Counted from the stretch's first letter, positions 37,792 through 47,112 are shown. The stretch: DNA of 64,000 bases from Myxococcota bacterium (GCA_036229005.1 JAZAMN010000002.1:32001-96000), one strand, 5' to 3'. The notes: a model not told the origin generated them from the sequence alone. Numbers and translations: made by a program.

Positions 37792-39154
37792 ACTCAACCC
37801 AGTAAACCGCCCCATCCCCCGCAGTCACCTTCCCCGTGGTGACCTCGCCGGTGACCAGATCTGTCGCGGTGCCCGAGGCGGTCCCCTCCCACAGGAGGGT
37901 GGGCCCATCCGTGCCCAGCCGGATCGATCCCTCTCCCGGAACAACCTCGACCCGCCCCAGGGCCTCAAAGCGCTCCGCCAGGCGCCGCCAGGTCCCCACG
38001 ATGGGCTTGGCGACCAGCTCCCCGCCGGGCTGCTCGTAGAAGGAGTGGTGCTTCATGCCGGGCTGCTTCATCTTGCCCGGAGGCGCGTCGGCCAGGGTGT
38101 GCCAGAAGAAGGTCTGCACGCCCTCCCGCAGCGACACGCCCAGCATCTCCACCATCATCGAGGCCTGCCACTTTGGGCTCACGTACTCCTCGCCCTTCTT
38201 GTCCGAGACGCTGGGCTGATTGGTCTCGGTGATCCAGATGGGCTTGCCGGGCAGCACCTCCTTGGCGTTGGCCAGAGCCTTCTCCAGGCGGCGCGTGTCG
38301 GGGTCCGTCGCGTAGACGTGCAGGCTCAGAGCGTCGATGGCCTCCACGGTCCCCGGCTGGCCGAACACGGCGCGCATGTAGTCGCAGCCCCCCTCGGTCT
38401 GGGGCCGGTAGAAGCCGCCCCCCAGCACCACAGCCTGCGCGTCGGCCTCGCGGATCGCGGCGGAGGTGGCCACCAGCACCTCGGCGTACTGCGGGGGCTC
38501 ACAGAAGTTCTCGGGGGCCTTGATCTTTGCCTGCGGTGGGGGCCCGTCGTTCTTGAGGTCGGGCTCGTTGTCGACCTCCCAGTGGTGCACCCCCGACTTG
38601 AGGCCGGGCATGTCGTCGATGCCGTCGCCGTCGTAGCGCTCGACAACCTCCTTGACCCACGCGGTGTAGGCCGCCATGTCCGGCGGCGGGTAGCTGTCGG
38701 TGGCCCGGTGCGTGTAGGTGCCCGGCCAGGGCGAGACCATCATCAGCGGCTCCAGCCCGTGGGCCTGCACGGTGCGCACCCACTGATCGGCCTGGGCCTG
38801 CGCCACGCGGCGGTTCTGCTGCCAGTGCTGGTGGTGAAGGAAGGGGAAGCCGCCGGAGTTCGTCCGCACCCAGTGCGCCCCCAACTCCTGGGTCAGGCGC
38901 GCGTCCTTCTCCAGCTCCTGGCCGATCTGCTCGGGGCTTGGGCGGTCCCGCATCAGGATCATCGGGGGGATGGCGACGGCTTCGTTGACGCCGAGCACCG
39001 CGCCCAGATCCACCTGGGCTCTGGGGGGGCTCTTCGCGCTCGCTGCGCTCTGCGGCACCGGCGAGGTCGGGCTGGGTGTCTCGGTCTGCTGCCGGCCCCC
39101 GCAGGCCAGCGCCAACAAGGCGAAGGTGGTGAGCAGGGGCACGGCAGACCTCAC
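37790..39154 (-). CDS. Clan GH-A glycoside hydrolase lipoprotein (GH39/GH5-like)
   Basis: LALAC; ERYDGDG, WEVDNEPD acid/base, SLHVY, WITE nucleophile. Confidence 0.85.
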   Translation of the reverse strand: MRSAVPLLTTFALLALACGGRQQTETPSPTSPVPQSAASAKSPPRAQVDLGAVLGVNEAVAIPPMILMRDRPSPEQIGQELEKDARLTQELGAHWVRTNSGGFPFLHHQHWQQNRRVAQAQADQWVRTVQAHGLEPLMMVSPWPGTYTHRATDSYPPPDMAAYTAWVKEVVERYDGDGIDDMPGLKSGVHHWEVDNEPDLKNDGPPPQAKIKAPENFCEPPQYAEVLVATSAAIREADAQAVVLGGGFYRPQTEGGCDYMRAVFGQPGTVEAIDALSLHVYATDPDTRRLEKALANAKEVLPGKPIWITETNQPSVSDKKGEEYVSPKWQASMMVEMLGVSLREGVQTFFWHTLADAPPGKMKQPGMKHHSFYEQPGGELVAKPIVGTWRRLAERFEALGRVEVVPGEGSIRLGTDGPTLLWEGTASGTATDLVTGEVTTGKVTAGDGAVYWVE

Positions 39155-39813
39155 TTGATGAGCCTCAGGGTGGGCCGGGACTCGGGCTCGGGCTCAGGCT
39201 CCGGATCCGGCTGGGGGGCGTCCTGGGGGTCCGGCGGCTCGCAGTAGAGCGTGACCTGGAGCACCGAGGACCAGGGGAAGACGCAGGTGTAGATGGTGTC
39301 GAAGCTCAGCGTCAGCGTGAGCCCGAAGTCGTCGTACTGGGGGGCGTTGTACTTGTGGTACGCGGCGTCCAGGCGGATCAGCATGCGCTCGGGGAAGCGC
39401 GCGAGCACATCGGGGGGTACGCCGGAGTCCTTGAGCTGGGCGCTCTCGGACACGAAGGCGAAGTCCACCGACATGGCGAACGCCATCTTGATGGCCTGCT
39501 CGGCGTGCAGCCCGTAGGGGCTCAAGCGGATGCTGTCGTCTTCATCCGCCTGGGCGAGATCGGCGGCGCCCAGGGTGGCGACCTTGGGCTCCTCGGGCAT
39601 GACGCCGCCAGCGAGCTCCTCGACGCCGAGGCCCAGGCTCTGGGTCCAGGTCATGAGCTGGTCCACGGTCAGCGGCTCCTTCCCGGCGAGCACGCGCTTG
39701 ACGAGACTGCGCTTCTCCCCCACCTGCTCGGCGAAGGCGGCCACGTTCAGCTCGCGCTCCCGGAGGGTGGCGCGGATCAGGGCCAGGACGGGTTCAGAGG
39801 GTCGGGACGGCAA
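39151..39813 (-). CDS. XRE-type HTH fused to SspB-like ClpXP adaptor domain
   Basis: N: LRERELNVAAFAEQVG..VKRVLAG; C: GVP, DDFGLTLTLSF, CVFPWSSV, acidic Pro linker, terminal RPTLRLIK. Confidence 0.75.
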   Translation of the reverse strand: MPSRPSEPVLALIRATLRERELNVAAFAEQVGEKRSLVKRVLAGKEPLTVDQLMTWTQSLGLGVEELAGGVMPEEPKVATLGAADLAQADEDDSIRLSPYGLHAEQAIKMAFAMSVDFAFVSESAQLKDSGVPPDVLARFPERMLIRLDAAYHKYNAPQYDDFGLTLTLSFDTIYTCVFPWSSVLQVTLYCEPPDPQDAPQPDPEPEPEPESRPTLRLIK

Positions 39814-39906
39814 GGGGGCTCCAAGCTTTGTCCCATGCTACCGCGTCAGGCGGATGCAAAGGGGGCACGCGCCTGGAACCAGCAGCATCGGGCCCGGTCT
39901 GTCACA

Positions 39907-40407
39907 ATGACAAGCCAAGGAGCGATTGTGCTGGACTGGATCCTTGCAGGCGTGGTGGTGCTGATCTGCGCCGCCCTGGCGAGCGCGGGCCTGCGCTTTG
40001 GACGCAAGCAGAAGCGGCGACAGGCAGCGGCGCTCTCCAAGGGCGAGACCCCGGTGCTGCAGCAGCTCGACGTGCCGGCGCGGGTCTACGTGGACCGCAC
40101 GCTGCTGGGCGGGCCGGTGGCCGGCAAGATCAACCACCTGGACACCGACATCCTGCTGACCGAGGGGCGGCTGGTCGTCGCCACACACCAGGGCCGCCTG
40201 CTGGAGGTGCTGCCCGGCAAAGACGGCAGCGTGCGCTGCACGGGCCCCGGCCGCCTGGTGATCGAGGGGATGCGCCCGTCCGCGAAGGAGGACATCCTGG
40301 TGCGCGTGGAGGCCCTGGTGCCCACCGCCGATCAGTGGGCGGCGCGCGCCAAGGAGCTCCTGGGAACCCGCACCTCGGCGGTGCCTACCCGTCCAAAGAT
40401 GGGCTGA
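39907..40407 (+). CDS. Hypothetical membrane-anchored protein
   Basis: N-terminal TM followed by RKQKRR; beta-rich remainder. Confidence 0.7.
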   Translation: MTSQGAIVLDWILAGVVVLICAALASAGLRFGRKQKRRQAAALSKGETPVLQQLDVPARVYVDRTLLGGPVAGKINHLDTDILLTEGRLVVATHQGRLLEVLPGKDGSVRCTGPGRLVIEGMRPSAKEDILVRVEALVPTADQWAARAKELLGTRTSAVPTRPKMG

Positions 40408-41500
40408 GGGCCGCGGGGTCCGACGGTGGGCCGGGGAGCGGCGGGGCCTTGAGGGCCGGCTCCTTCCTGACCGGGAGGCTGTGGGCCCAGCTCCCGGTGT
40501 CGTCCGCGACGGGCTGCGACTGGGGACCGTGGGCGTGATCGTCGCTATCATGGGGCGCCCAGCTCCCGACCTCGCGGATCTCGGGAGCGGCGGGAAGAGA
40601 GCGGGACCACTCTGCGGGTTCGGCGTTCGCGGAGAGCACGACGGCGCCCAGCACACGGCCATCGGGGGCGTGCGCCTCCAGCCCGAGGACATCGGGGCCG
40701 ACCTGGATCTGGGGGGCGCTGTCCTGGGGCTCGAAGGCCAGCGCGGTTGAAGTCGGGACCTGCGCGGGGGCTGCCGAGGCGCCCCCTCCCCCACCGCCAG
40801 TGGGCGGGTGGCTGTGGGCCGGGGTGGCCTTGACCTTCTTGGGAGGCAGAGGCGCGCCGCCGTTGATGTGGACGGTCGCGGCCTTGAAGGTGGAGATGGT
40901 GCTGGTGTACTTGGCCTGGTTCTTGGCGTTGTGGACCAGGGTCTTGCCGGCGCTCTGGGTCAGGCTGTTGTCACAGATGACCTTGAAGTCCTTGCACTTG
41001 ATGCTCAGGGTGGCCGCGCACTCCCAGATGGTGTCCTTGTCGGAGTACTGGCGGAACTCCTTCTTGGCGGCGTCGGCGGTCTGGTGGATGGGGCCACCGG
41101 TCACGTCCATGCGGCTGCCGCTGGTGGCGCCCAGGCTGACGAACTCGTTGCCGGGCTCGTCGCTGAACATGACCATGGAGCCCGCGCGGGACCAGAACAG
41201 GCGGACGTTGTTGTCGCCGTCGTCGTTGGCGTAGGGCTCGGCCTTGTCCTCGCCGCCGTTGTAGACGCAGCCGACTAGGTAAGGGTGCAGGGCCTGGGTC
41301 CCGTAGACCAGGATGACCTCGGTGCCCTTGTCGGGGAGCATGACCATCCCGCGGGAGCCGCCGGCCATGGGGCTGGCCATGCGCACCCAGGTGCTGGCGG
41401 GGGCCTGCTCGGCGTCGACCTTGTACTCGACGAGCACGCGGTGCTGGCCGTCGGGATCGACGTTGTCCTTGACCGTGCCGATGACGGTGCCGTTGATCAT
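40385..41500 (-). CDS. Phage baseplate gpV/gp5-like spike (OB fold + beta-helix) with HxH motif and C-terminal extension
   Basis: VKDNVDPDG..RVLV, WVRMASPMAG..GMVMLP.KG.EV, VYNG, SRAG; AHSH. Confidence 0.85.
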   Translation of the reverse strand: MINGTVIGTVKDNVDPDGQHRVLVEYKVDAEQAPASTWVRMASPMAGGSRGMVMLPDKGTEVILVYGTQALHPYLVGCVYNGGEDKAEPYANDDGDNNVRLFWSRAGSMVMFSDEPGNEFVSLGATSGSRMDVTGGPIHQTADAAKKEFRQYSDKDTIWECAATLSIKCKDFKVICDNSLTQSAGKTLVHNAKNQAKYTSTISTFKAATVHINGGAPLPPKKVKATPAHSHPPTGGGGGGASAAPAQVPTSTALAFEPQDSAPQIQVGPDVLGLEAHAPDGRVLGAVVLSANAEPAEWSRSLPAAPEIREVGSWAPHDSDDHAHGPQSQPVADDTGSWAHSLPVRKEPALKAPPLPGPPSDPAALSPSLDG

Positions 41501-41510
41501 GGCCGCCTCC

Positions 41511-42188
41511 TCAGCAGTTGATCTTGGTCATCGACTTGGCGTTCAAGGTGAGCATCTTGCCGCCGTTGACGGTGAGCTGCTGCCCTGCGTTCAGGTCCAC
41601 CTTCTGCTTGGCGTCCATGGAGATGGACTGCTCGGCCTCGAGCACGAAGTCCTTGCACTTGATGGAGAAGGTCTCCTTGGACTCCAGGATGATGTCCTTG
41701 CCCGAGTAGACCGACAGGGTCTTGTTCGCGGAGTCCCAGATCACCCGGATCTCCTCGTTGTGGGTGACCATCTCGATGCGCTCGGCGCCCGCGGTGTCGT
41801 CGAAGGTGACGCGGTGGCCGCTGCGGGACTGGAAGACGCGCAGGTTGTTCTCCCCGTCCTCGTTCGCGTAGGGGGGCGTGTCCACGCCGTTGAACATGCC
41901 GCCCAGCACGATGGCGTGGTTGAAGTCGCCGTGCATGAAGCTGACCAGCACCTCGTCCCCGATCTCCGGGATGGTGGACCAGCCGCGGTTCTTGCCGGCC
42001 ATGGGGGTGCTCACGCGGGCCCAGTGGCTGGTGGGGCTGTCGCCGCCGTTGCTGCCCGGGAGCGTGGGGAACTTCACCTTGACGCGGCCCATCTTGGCCG
42101 GGTCCACGTTGTCGGTGACGATGGCTTCGACCAGGCCGGGCATCTGCCCTGTGCTGGGCCTGCCCTTGCGGTCTGTGAGCTTGGACAT
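41511..42188 (-). CDS. Phage baseplate gpV/gp5 (VgrG C-part)-like spike
   Basis: VTDNVDP..GRVKVKFP, WARVSTPMAG..G..IPEIGDEVLVSF.HGD, SRSGH..FDD; ends KINC. Confidence 0.92.
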   Translation of the reverse strand: MSKLTDRKGRPSTGQMPGLVEAIVTDNVDPAKMGRVKVKFPTLPGSNGGDSPTSHWARVSTPMAGKNRGWSTIPEIGDEVLVSFMHGDFNHAIVLGGMFNGVDTPPYANEDGENNLRVFQSRSGHRVTFDDTAGAERIEMVTHNEEIRVIWDSANKTLSVYSGKDIILESKETFSIKCKDFVLEAEQSISMDAKQKVDLNAGQQLTVNGGKMLTLNAKSMTKINC

Positions 42189-42302
42189 CGCGGCTCTCCC
42201 AAGTGCGTGCAGGGGGCGCGGGCCCCCGGTGGGTTCGACTTGATCAGGTGGCGAGTCCGTCGTGCGTGCTCGGTGCGGCCTACACGCGCGGACCCGACTC
42301 CA

Positions 42303-43076
42303 TCATGCCCCGCCAGCGGGTCCCGGGGCAAGGGTGGAGTGCGCGGCCGCCTTCCGGGCCAGCAGGGTGTGCGTGCTCAAGCGCGCGCGGCTGCCGTCGG
42401 AGCGCTGGATGGGCCAGTCCAGGGTGTGCTCCTGGAGCAGCGTGTAGCCAAAGCGCATCCCCAGCGCGTTCCGGTCCCCCTCCAGGGCAGCGCGCAGGGT
42501 GCCCCACTCGAATCGCCGCTCCAGCGGAACGACCGGATCCCACGCGAAAGGCAGCGAGATCAGCAGGACCCCGCCCGGACGAAGCAGCGCGTCCGCCTGG
42601 GCCAGCACAAGCTGCGGGTTGGGCACGCAGTCCAGCAGGTTGACCAGCAGCACCGCGTCGAAGCTCTCCGGGGGGAAGGGAGGATCCGCGGCGTCCGCGA
42701 TGACGCCCACACCGCCTCGGGCTCTGAGCAGGCCTGCCCGCAGGTCCAGCCCCACCACATCCGTGCGCCCCCAGGCCTGCACCCCACACCCCAGATCCAG
42801 CACCTGGCCCGCCAGCGAGGTGATCGTCTGCGTGAGCCAGGCGTGCAGGGGTCCGCTGCTGCTCGCGCGCATCAGCTCCACGAGCTGGGCGTCCAGCTCG
42901 GGCTCGGCCTGCAGCTCCAGCCCGGCACGCAAGACCAGCGGCAGCCCATCGACCACGGGGTGTCGCTGGCCGCAGCCCAGGCAGCGCAGCCAGTCGCCCT
43001 CGGGGCTCAAGTGGGACAGCATCCAGCGGCCCTGGTGGACGTGCCGGCAGCTTGGGCAGATCAGAGGGGGGCTCAC
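42303..43076 (-). CDS. Class I SAM methyltransferase with N-terminal Zn-ribbon (Trm112-like)
   Basis: CPSC..CLGC..PVVDGLP; VLDLGCG, ADA..PF..ESFD, LRPGG; GTGA overlap with PAAR stop. Confidence 0.85.
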   Translation of the reverse strand: MSPPLICPSCRHVHQGRWMLSHLSPEGDWLRCLGCGQRHPVVDGLPLVLRAGLELQAEPELDAQLVELMRASSSGPLHAWLTQTITSLAGQVLDLGCGVQAWGRTDVVGLDLRAGLLRARGGVGVIADAADPPFPPESFDAVLLVNLLDCVPNPQLVLAQADALLRPGGVLLISLPFAWDPVVPLERRFEWGTLRAALEGDRNALGMRFGYTLLQEHTLDWPIQRSDGSRARLSTHTLLARKAAAHSTLAPGPAGGA

Positions 43077-43390
43077 CCGACCTGGGTCTTGCCGGCGCCG
43101 GTGACCAGCGCGCCCACGCCCCCGCAGTGCACGGTGATGTCCCCGATGCGCGCGACCGCGATGTTCTCGAAGTACACGGTGCCGGAGCCGGTGAGCACGG
43201 CCCAGACGTTGGGCCCGCAGCAGGCGGCGTGCACGCCCGGGTCGCCGATGCGCAGGGGCTTGTTGCCCTCGACCAGGATCGTCGCTGCGCCCATGATCCC
43301 CGGGCCGGCGACCGGGTGGGGGCAGCAGGGCTTGCCGTGGGAGTCCGCGGGGTTGACCGCGATGTCGGTCACTCGGGAGACATTGGGCAT
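43073..43390 (-). CDS. PAAR-domain spike tip protein
   Basis: SRVTD, PLRIGD, VARIGD..HCG; SD AGGAG. Confidence 0.9.
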   Translation of the reverse strand: MPNVSRVTDIAVNPADSHGKPCCPHPVAGPGIMGAATILVEGNKPLRIGDPGVHAACCGPNVWAVLTGSGTVYFENIAVARIGDITVHCGGVGALVTGAGKTQVG

Positions 43391-43453
43391 CTGAGACTCC
43401 TGGGGCGCGCGGTGCCGGTGCAACCCCGATGCGCTCCATGATTACATCATGCC

Positions 43454-43657
43454 GTGGACTCCCGCAGCGCGAAGACCCTGGCCAACACCCTCCACGCCCT
43501 GGGGCGCGGCGCGCGCGCGCTGATGCCGGAGCGGGTCAAGCGCGCGCTGGAGGACCGCTTCTTCTACGCGGTGTTCCAGATGACCCGCGTGCAGAACGAC
43601 GACGCCGTGAGCCCCCAGGTGCGCGCGCGGCGCGCCAGGGAGTCCCAGCGGCGCTGA
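43454..43657 (+). CDS. Small hypothetical protein (67 aa)
   Basis: GC3-biased ORF; motif RFFYAVFQMTRVQND. Confidence 0.55.
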   Translation: MDSRSAKTLANTLHALGRGARALMPERVKRALEDRFFYAVFQMTRVQNDDAVSPQVRARRARESQRR

Positions 43658-43664
43658 GGCCCGC

Positions 43665-44150
43665 TCAGAAGGCGCTCGCGGGCTCCCCTGACCAGCTCAC
43701 GCCCAACACCAGGTTGATGCCCAGGGGGTTGCTGGCCTCGAGCTGGAGGTCCGCCGTGAGCTCTCCGTCGTCGGAGACCGTGTAGGTCCCGGCGAACACG
43801 TCCTCGCTGTTCCAGGACGCGGAGCCGTTGCTGACGGAGACGCTCACCGACCCGTCGGGCAGGTTGTAGCTGCCCACCCCAGGGGCGCTCACGGAGAGGT
43901 GCACCAGATCTGCGTCGACGTAGAAGCTCATCTCAGCGTCGGTGCCGTCCGCGCTCACACACAGGGCCCGGGCGTAGCCGTAGCTGGAGAGGCCATCGAC
44001 GGCGTAGGCGTTCACGAACACCCTGCTGCTGTCGCCAGTCTGGAAGCCACCGCTGCAGTCGCCGCTGCTGGAGCCGGTGTCCGAGTCCTGGGTGGTCGGC
44101 GCGTCGGTGTCGGGGAACTGGAGGCAGGCCAAGAGCGTGAGTGCAAGCAT
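43665..44150 (-). CDS. Hypothetical beta-rich lipoprotein
   Basis: MLALTLLAC, DSDTG linker. Confidence 0.75.
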   Translation of the reverse strand: MLALTLLACLQFPDTDAPTTQDSDTGSSSGDCSGGFQTGDSSRVFVNAYAVDGLSSYGYARALCVSADGTDAEMSFYVDADLVHLSVSAPGVGSYNLPDGSVSVSVSNGSASWNSEDVFAGTYTVSDDGELTADLQLEASNPLGINLVLGVSWSGEPASAF

Positions 44151-44200
44151 GCCTGCCCTTTATCCCGGACACCCCCTGTCCCGCGAGCTAAGAGCCGGCC

Positions 44201-45091
44201 ATGACTCCCTTCTCCGTGCGCCTCTCCGAGGCGGTCTCCGAGCGTGGGCCGGTGTGCATCGGCCTGGATCCCCACCTGCACCGCCTCCCCGCTGTGCGCC
44301 GCGCGGCCTACGAGCACCTGGAGGGCGCGGCCTTCCGCGCCGCCGCCGCTGCGCAGGTTCAGGACTGGGGCCTGGAGGTCCTGGACGCGGTCTCGGACCT
44401 GGCCGCGGCCATCAAGCCGCAGGTGGCGTTCTTCGAGCAGCTCGGGGCGCCCGGCGTCGCGGCGCTGGAGGTGCTCAGCGCGCGGGCGCGGGAGCTGGGG
44501 CTGATCCTGCTGCTGGACGCCAAGCGCGGGGACATCGGCTCCACCGCCGAGGGCTACGCGCGGGCCACCCTGGACGCCGGCGGCCCCATCGGGGCGGACG
44601 CAGTGACTCTGAACCCCTACCTGGGGCCGGAGAGCCTGGCCCCCTTCCTCAAGCGCTGTGATGCCGACGGAAAGGGACTCTTTGTCCTCGTTCGCACCAG
44701 CAATGCCGGCGCGGACGCGCTGCAGGGGGACGGGGTTGCCGAGAAGGTGAGCCAGTGGATCTCCGAGTGGAACCAGAGCCGCCTCGACCCCCAGGGCCTG
44801 GGCCCCGTTGGAGCGGTCGTCGGCGCGACGGTCCCGGAGGAGGCGATCGAGCTCCGGGCGCAGCTCCAGGGCGCGTGGATCCTGGTCCCCGGCTACGGCG
44901 CCCAGGGCGGCAGCGCGGCGGACACCCTGCCCTGCTTCCGCAGCGACGGTCTGGGGGCGCTGGTGAACTCCAGCCGGGGCGTGCTGTTCGCTGGCCAGGG
45001 CGAGGCGGATCGCTATGAGGCCGACCCCGTGGGGCTGGTTCGGGAACACGCAGAGCAAATGGTGCGTACGCTCAAGGCTTTGCATGAATAG
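44201..45091 (+). CDS. pyrF: Orotidine-5'-phosphate decarboxylase
   Basis: CIGLDP, KPQVAFFE, DAKRGDIGST, GAVVGAT, LVPGYGAQG, NSSRG. Confidence 0.96.
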   Translation: MTPFSVRLSEAVSERGPVCIGLDPHLHRLPAVRRAAYEHLEGAAFRAAAAAQVQDWGLEVLDAVSDLAAAIKPQVAFFEQLGAPGVAALEVLSARARELGLILLLDAKRGDIGSTAEGYARATLDAGGPIGADAVTLNPYLGPESLAPFLKRCDADGKGLFVLVRTSNAGADALQGDGVAEKVSQWISEWNQSRLDPQGLGPVGAVVGATVPEEAIELRAQLQGAWILVPGYGAQGGSAADTLPCFRSDGLGALVNSSRGVLFAGQGEADRYEADPVGLVREHAEQMVRTLKALHE

Positions 45092-45170
45092 GCCAATGTG
45101 ACGACTGGGTTTCTGATAGGGTCCCGAAAGACGACTGAGCGTTTCTTTCAGCCCACCCCCGAGGAACCCC

Positions 45171-46010
45171 ATGACACGCGCATTTCTTGCGTCCTCCGTG
45201 CTTCTGCTCACCCTGAGCGCCTGCTCCAAGGGAGCCGTCTCGGGCTCCGTCACCGATGGCCTGAGCGGACAGCCCGTGTCGGAGCTGCGGATCCTGGCCC
45301 GCTCCGAGGCCACGGACCTGACCTGTCAGGCCTTCGAGACCACCACCGACGCCAGCGGCGCGTACAGCTTCGACGCCCTCTGCGCCGGCAACACCTACAC
45401 GCTGAGTTCGGGTGACGAGGACCGCTTCTTCACGGGCACCACCGAGGTCTCGGGCGACGCGCAGCTCCCCGACAACGCGCTGCAGTCCTGGATCGGCCCG
45501 GACGGCTCCGGCGTCTACATCCTGGACGCTGAGGGCAAGATGACCCCCATGCGTACCCACTCGGATGTGCAGAAGGCCAGCATCTTCGAGACCGAGACGA
45601 TGGTCCGCTACCCGGACTCCACCCCCGGCACCTGGCCGCGGATCGTGCCCGGCACCTACCTGATGCTGGTGGGCCAGAGCACCATCGAGAACCAGAAGCT
45701 GCACCCCATGGAGACCAGCCCCGAGGTCAAGTTCAACCCGGACCGCGACGGCATCACCCACTTCTCCCTGGGGCAGCCCTGGCTCTACATCGGCGCCAAG
45801 ATGGACGAGGAGGGCGGGTACACCCAGCTCACCGCGCAGCTCGACGAGGCCAAGCTGATCGAGGCCTCCGCCGGCGAGCGCGCCGTGCGCTACATCCCGG
45901 CTGATGCGCTGCCTGCGGGCAAGTACGCCCTGCTGCCCGACAAGGCCAAGCGCACCTACATGATGGAGTTCGGCGCGGCCCCCGCAGGCGAGGAGCCCGC
46001 GAGCGAGTAG
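45171..46010 (+). CDS. Lipoprotein with carboxypeptidase-regulatory-like N-domain
   Basis: LSAC; VSGSVTD..GQPV..TTTDASGAYSF. Confidence 0.78.
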   Translation: MTRAFLASSVLLLTLSACSKGAVSGSVTDGLSGQPVSELRILARSEATDLTCQAFETTTDASGAYSFDALCAGNTYTLSSGDEDRFFTGTTEVSGDAQLPDNALQSWIGPDGSGVYILDAEGKMTPMRTHSDVQKASIFETETMVRYPDSTPGTWPRIVPGTYLMLVGQSTIENQKLHPMETSPEVKFNPDRDGITHFSLGQPWLYIGAKMDEEGGYTQLTAQLDEAKLIEASAGERAVRYIPADALPAGKYALLPDKAKRTYMMEFGAAPAGEEPASE

Positions 46011-46022
46011 CCGGCGTCTCCC

Positions 46023-46850
46023 CTACTCTTTGAGGAGGTCCACCTCTGCATGGGGGTGGGCCTCTCTCAGCTCTGCGGTCATGCCCTTGACCTGCGACCA
46101 CGCGGCGTCGAAGAAGGCGTCGAAGTCGTCGGGGAAGTCGCTGGGCTGCACGGGCTCACCGATGCGCATCCAGCAGTCCTGGAACAGGCGGACGCCCTTG
46201 TTGGTGGGCGGGATGATGAGGTCGGTGCCCCAGCAGCTCGCGGGGACCACCTGGATGCCGGCCTCGTAGGCGGCCTTGACCAGCCCCGGGTAGGTCTTCT
46301 CCCGGATGGGGCCGGTGCGGGTGCGGGTGCCCTCCGGGTAGACGTGCATGGCCCGGCCCTGGCGGATCATGCGGATGGTGTCCTCTTTGCCCTTGCGGCG
46401 GCTCTCGGGGCTGTCGCGGTCAAAGAAGACGGCGCCGCCGAGGTAGCCCAGGTAGCCCATGACGGGGAACCACTTGACCCCGGACTTGGAGATGCCGTGG
46501 GTCTGGCCGGCCCAGATGAGCAGCAGCACGTCGACGAAGCTGCGGTGGTTGGAGATGAGCAGGTAGGGCTCCCCCACGGGCAGCTTGTCCAGGCCCTCCA
46601 GGTGGGGGCGGCCGAGCAGCGCCAGGCGCAACATCCCCCAGGAAGCCAGGCGCGAAGCCCAGAATGTGTAGGGCTCCCGCTTGAAGCGCGGGATCAGCGC
46701 CAGGGGCAGGATGGGCAGCAGGCAGAGGGTGGACCAGGCCACCGCAACACTGCCCACAAAGGGGACCAAGAGCATGTTGCGCCAGGTCATCGGCGTGCTC
46801 TTGTCCCAAAAGGCCGCTATGGGCCGCTTCCGGGAGGTCAGCTCAGCCAT
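46023..46850 (-). CDS. plsC: 1-acyl-sn-glycerol-3-phosphate acyltransferase (PlsC family)
   Basis: NHRSFVD, FFDR, YPEGTR, VVP; start uncertain. Confidence 0.88.
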   Translation of the reverse strand: MAELTSRKRPIAAFWDKSTPMTWRNMLLVPFVGSVAVAWSTLCLLPILPLALIPRFKREPYTFWASRLASWGMLRLALLGRPHLEGLDKLPVGEPYLLISNHRSFVDVLLLIWAGQTHGISKSGVKWFPVMGYLGYLGGAVFFDRDSPESRRKGKEDTIRMIRQGRAMHVYPEGTRTRTGPIREKTYPGLVKAAYEAGIQVVPASCWGTDLIIPPTNKGVRLFQDCWMRIGEPVQPSDFPDDFDAFFDAAWSQVKGMTAELREAHPHAEVDLLKE

Positions 46851-46851
46851 G

Positions 46852-47100
46852 ATGGAGCCATCTGAGATTCAACGCATTCTCCAGGAGTCCCTGCCTGACT
46901 GCACCGCTCTGGTGGAGGACAACGCGGGGGACAAAGAGCACTTCCAGGCCCAGGTGGTGTCCTCGGCCTTCGAGGGCCGCACCAGAGTGGCCCAACACCG
47001 CCTTGTCTATCAAGCCCTGGGCGACCACATGAAGGGCGCGATCCACGCCCTCGCCCTCAAGACCTACACCCCAGACGCCTGGGCCAAGCGCCAGGCCTGA
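46852..47100 (+). CDS. bolA: BolA family protein
   Basis: HFQAQVVSSAFEG, QHRLVY, IHALALKT. Confidence 0.92.
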   Translation: MEPSEIQRILQESLPDCTALVEDNAGDKEHFQAQVVSSAFEGRTRVAQHRLVYQALGDHMKGAIHALALKTYTPDAWAKRQA

Positions 47101-47112
47101 TTGGAGATTCCC

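Noticed and set aside
40385..43390. Prophage or complete T6SS
   Set aside because: No integrase, capsid, sheath, tube or Tss genes in the window
45113..45130. Hammerhead-like CTGATAG...GAAA
   Set aside because: Core is not CUGANGA and stem II cannot form
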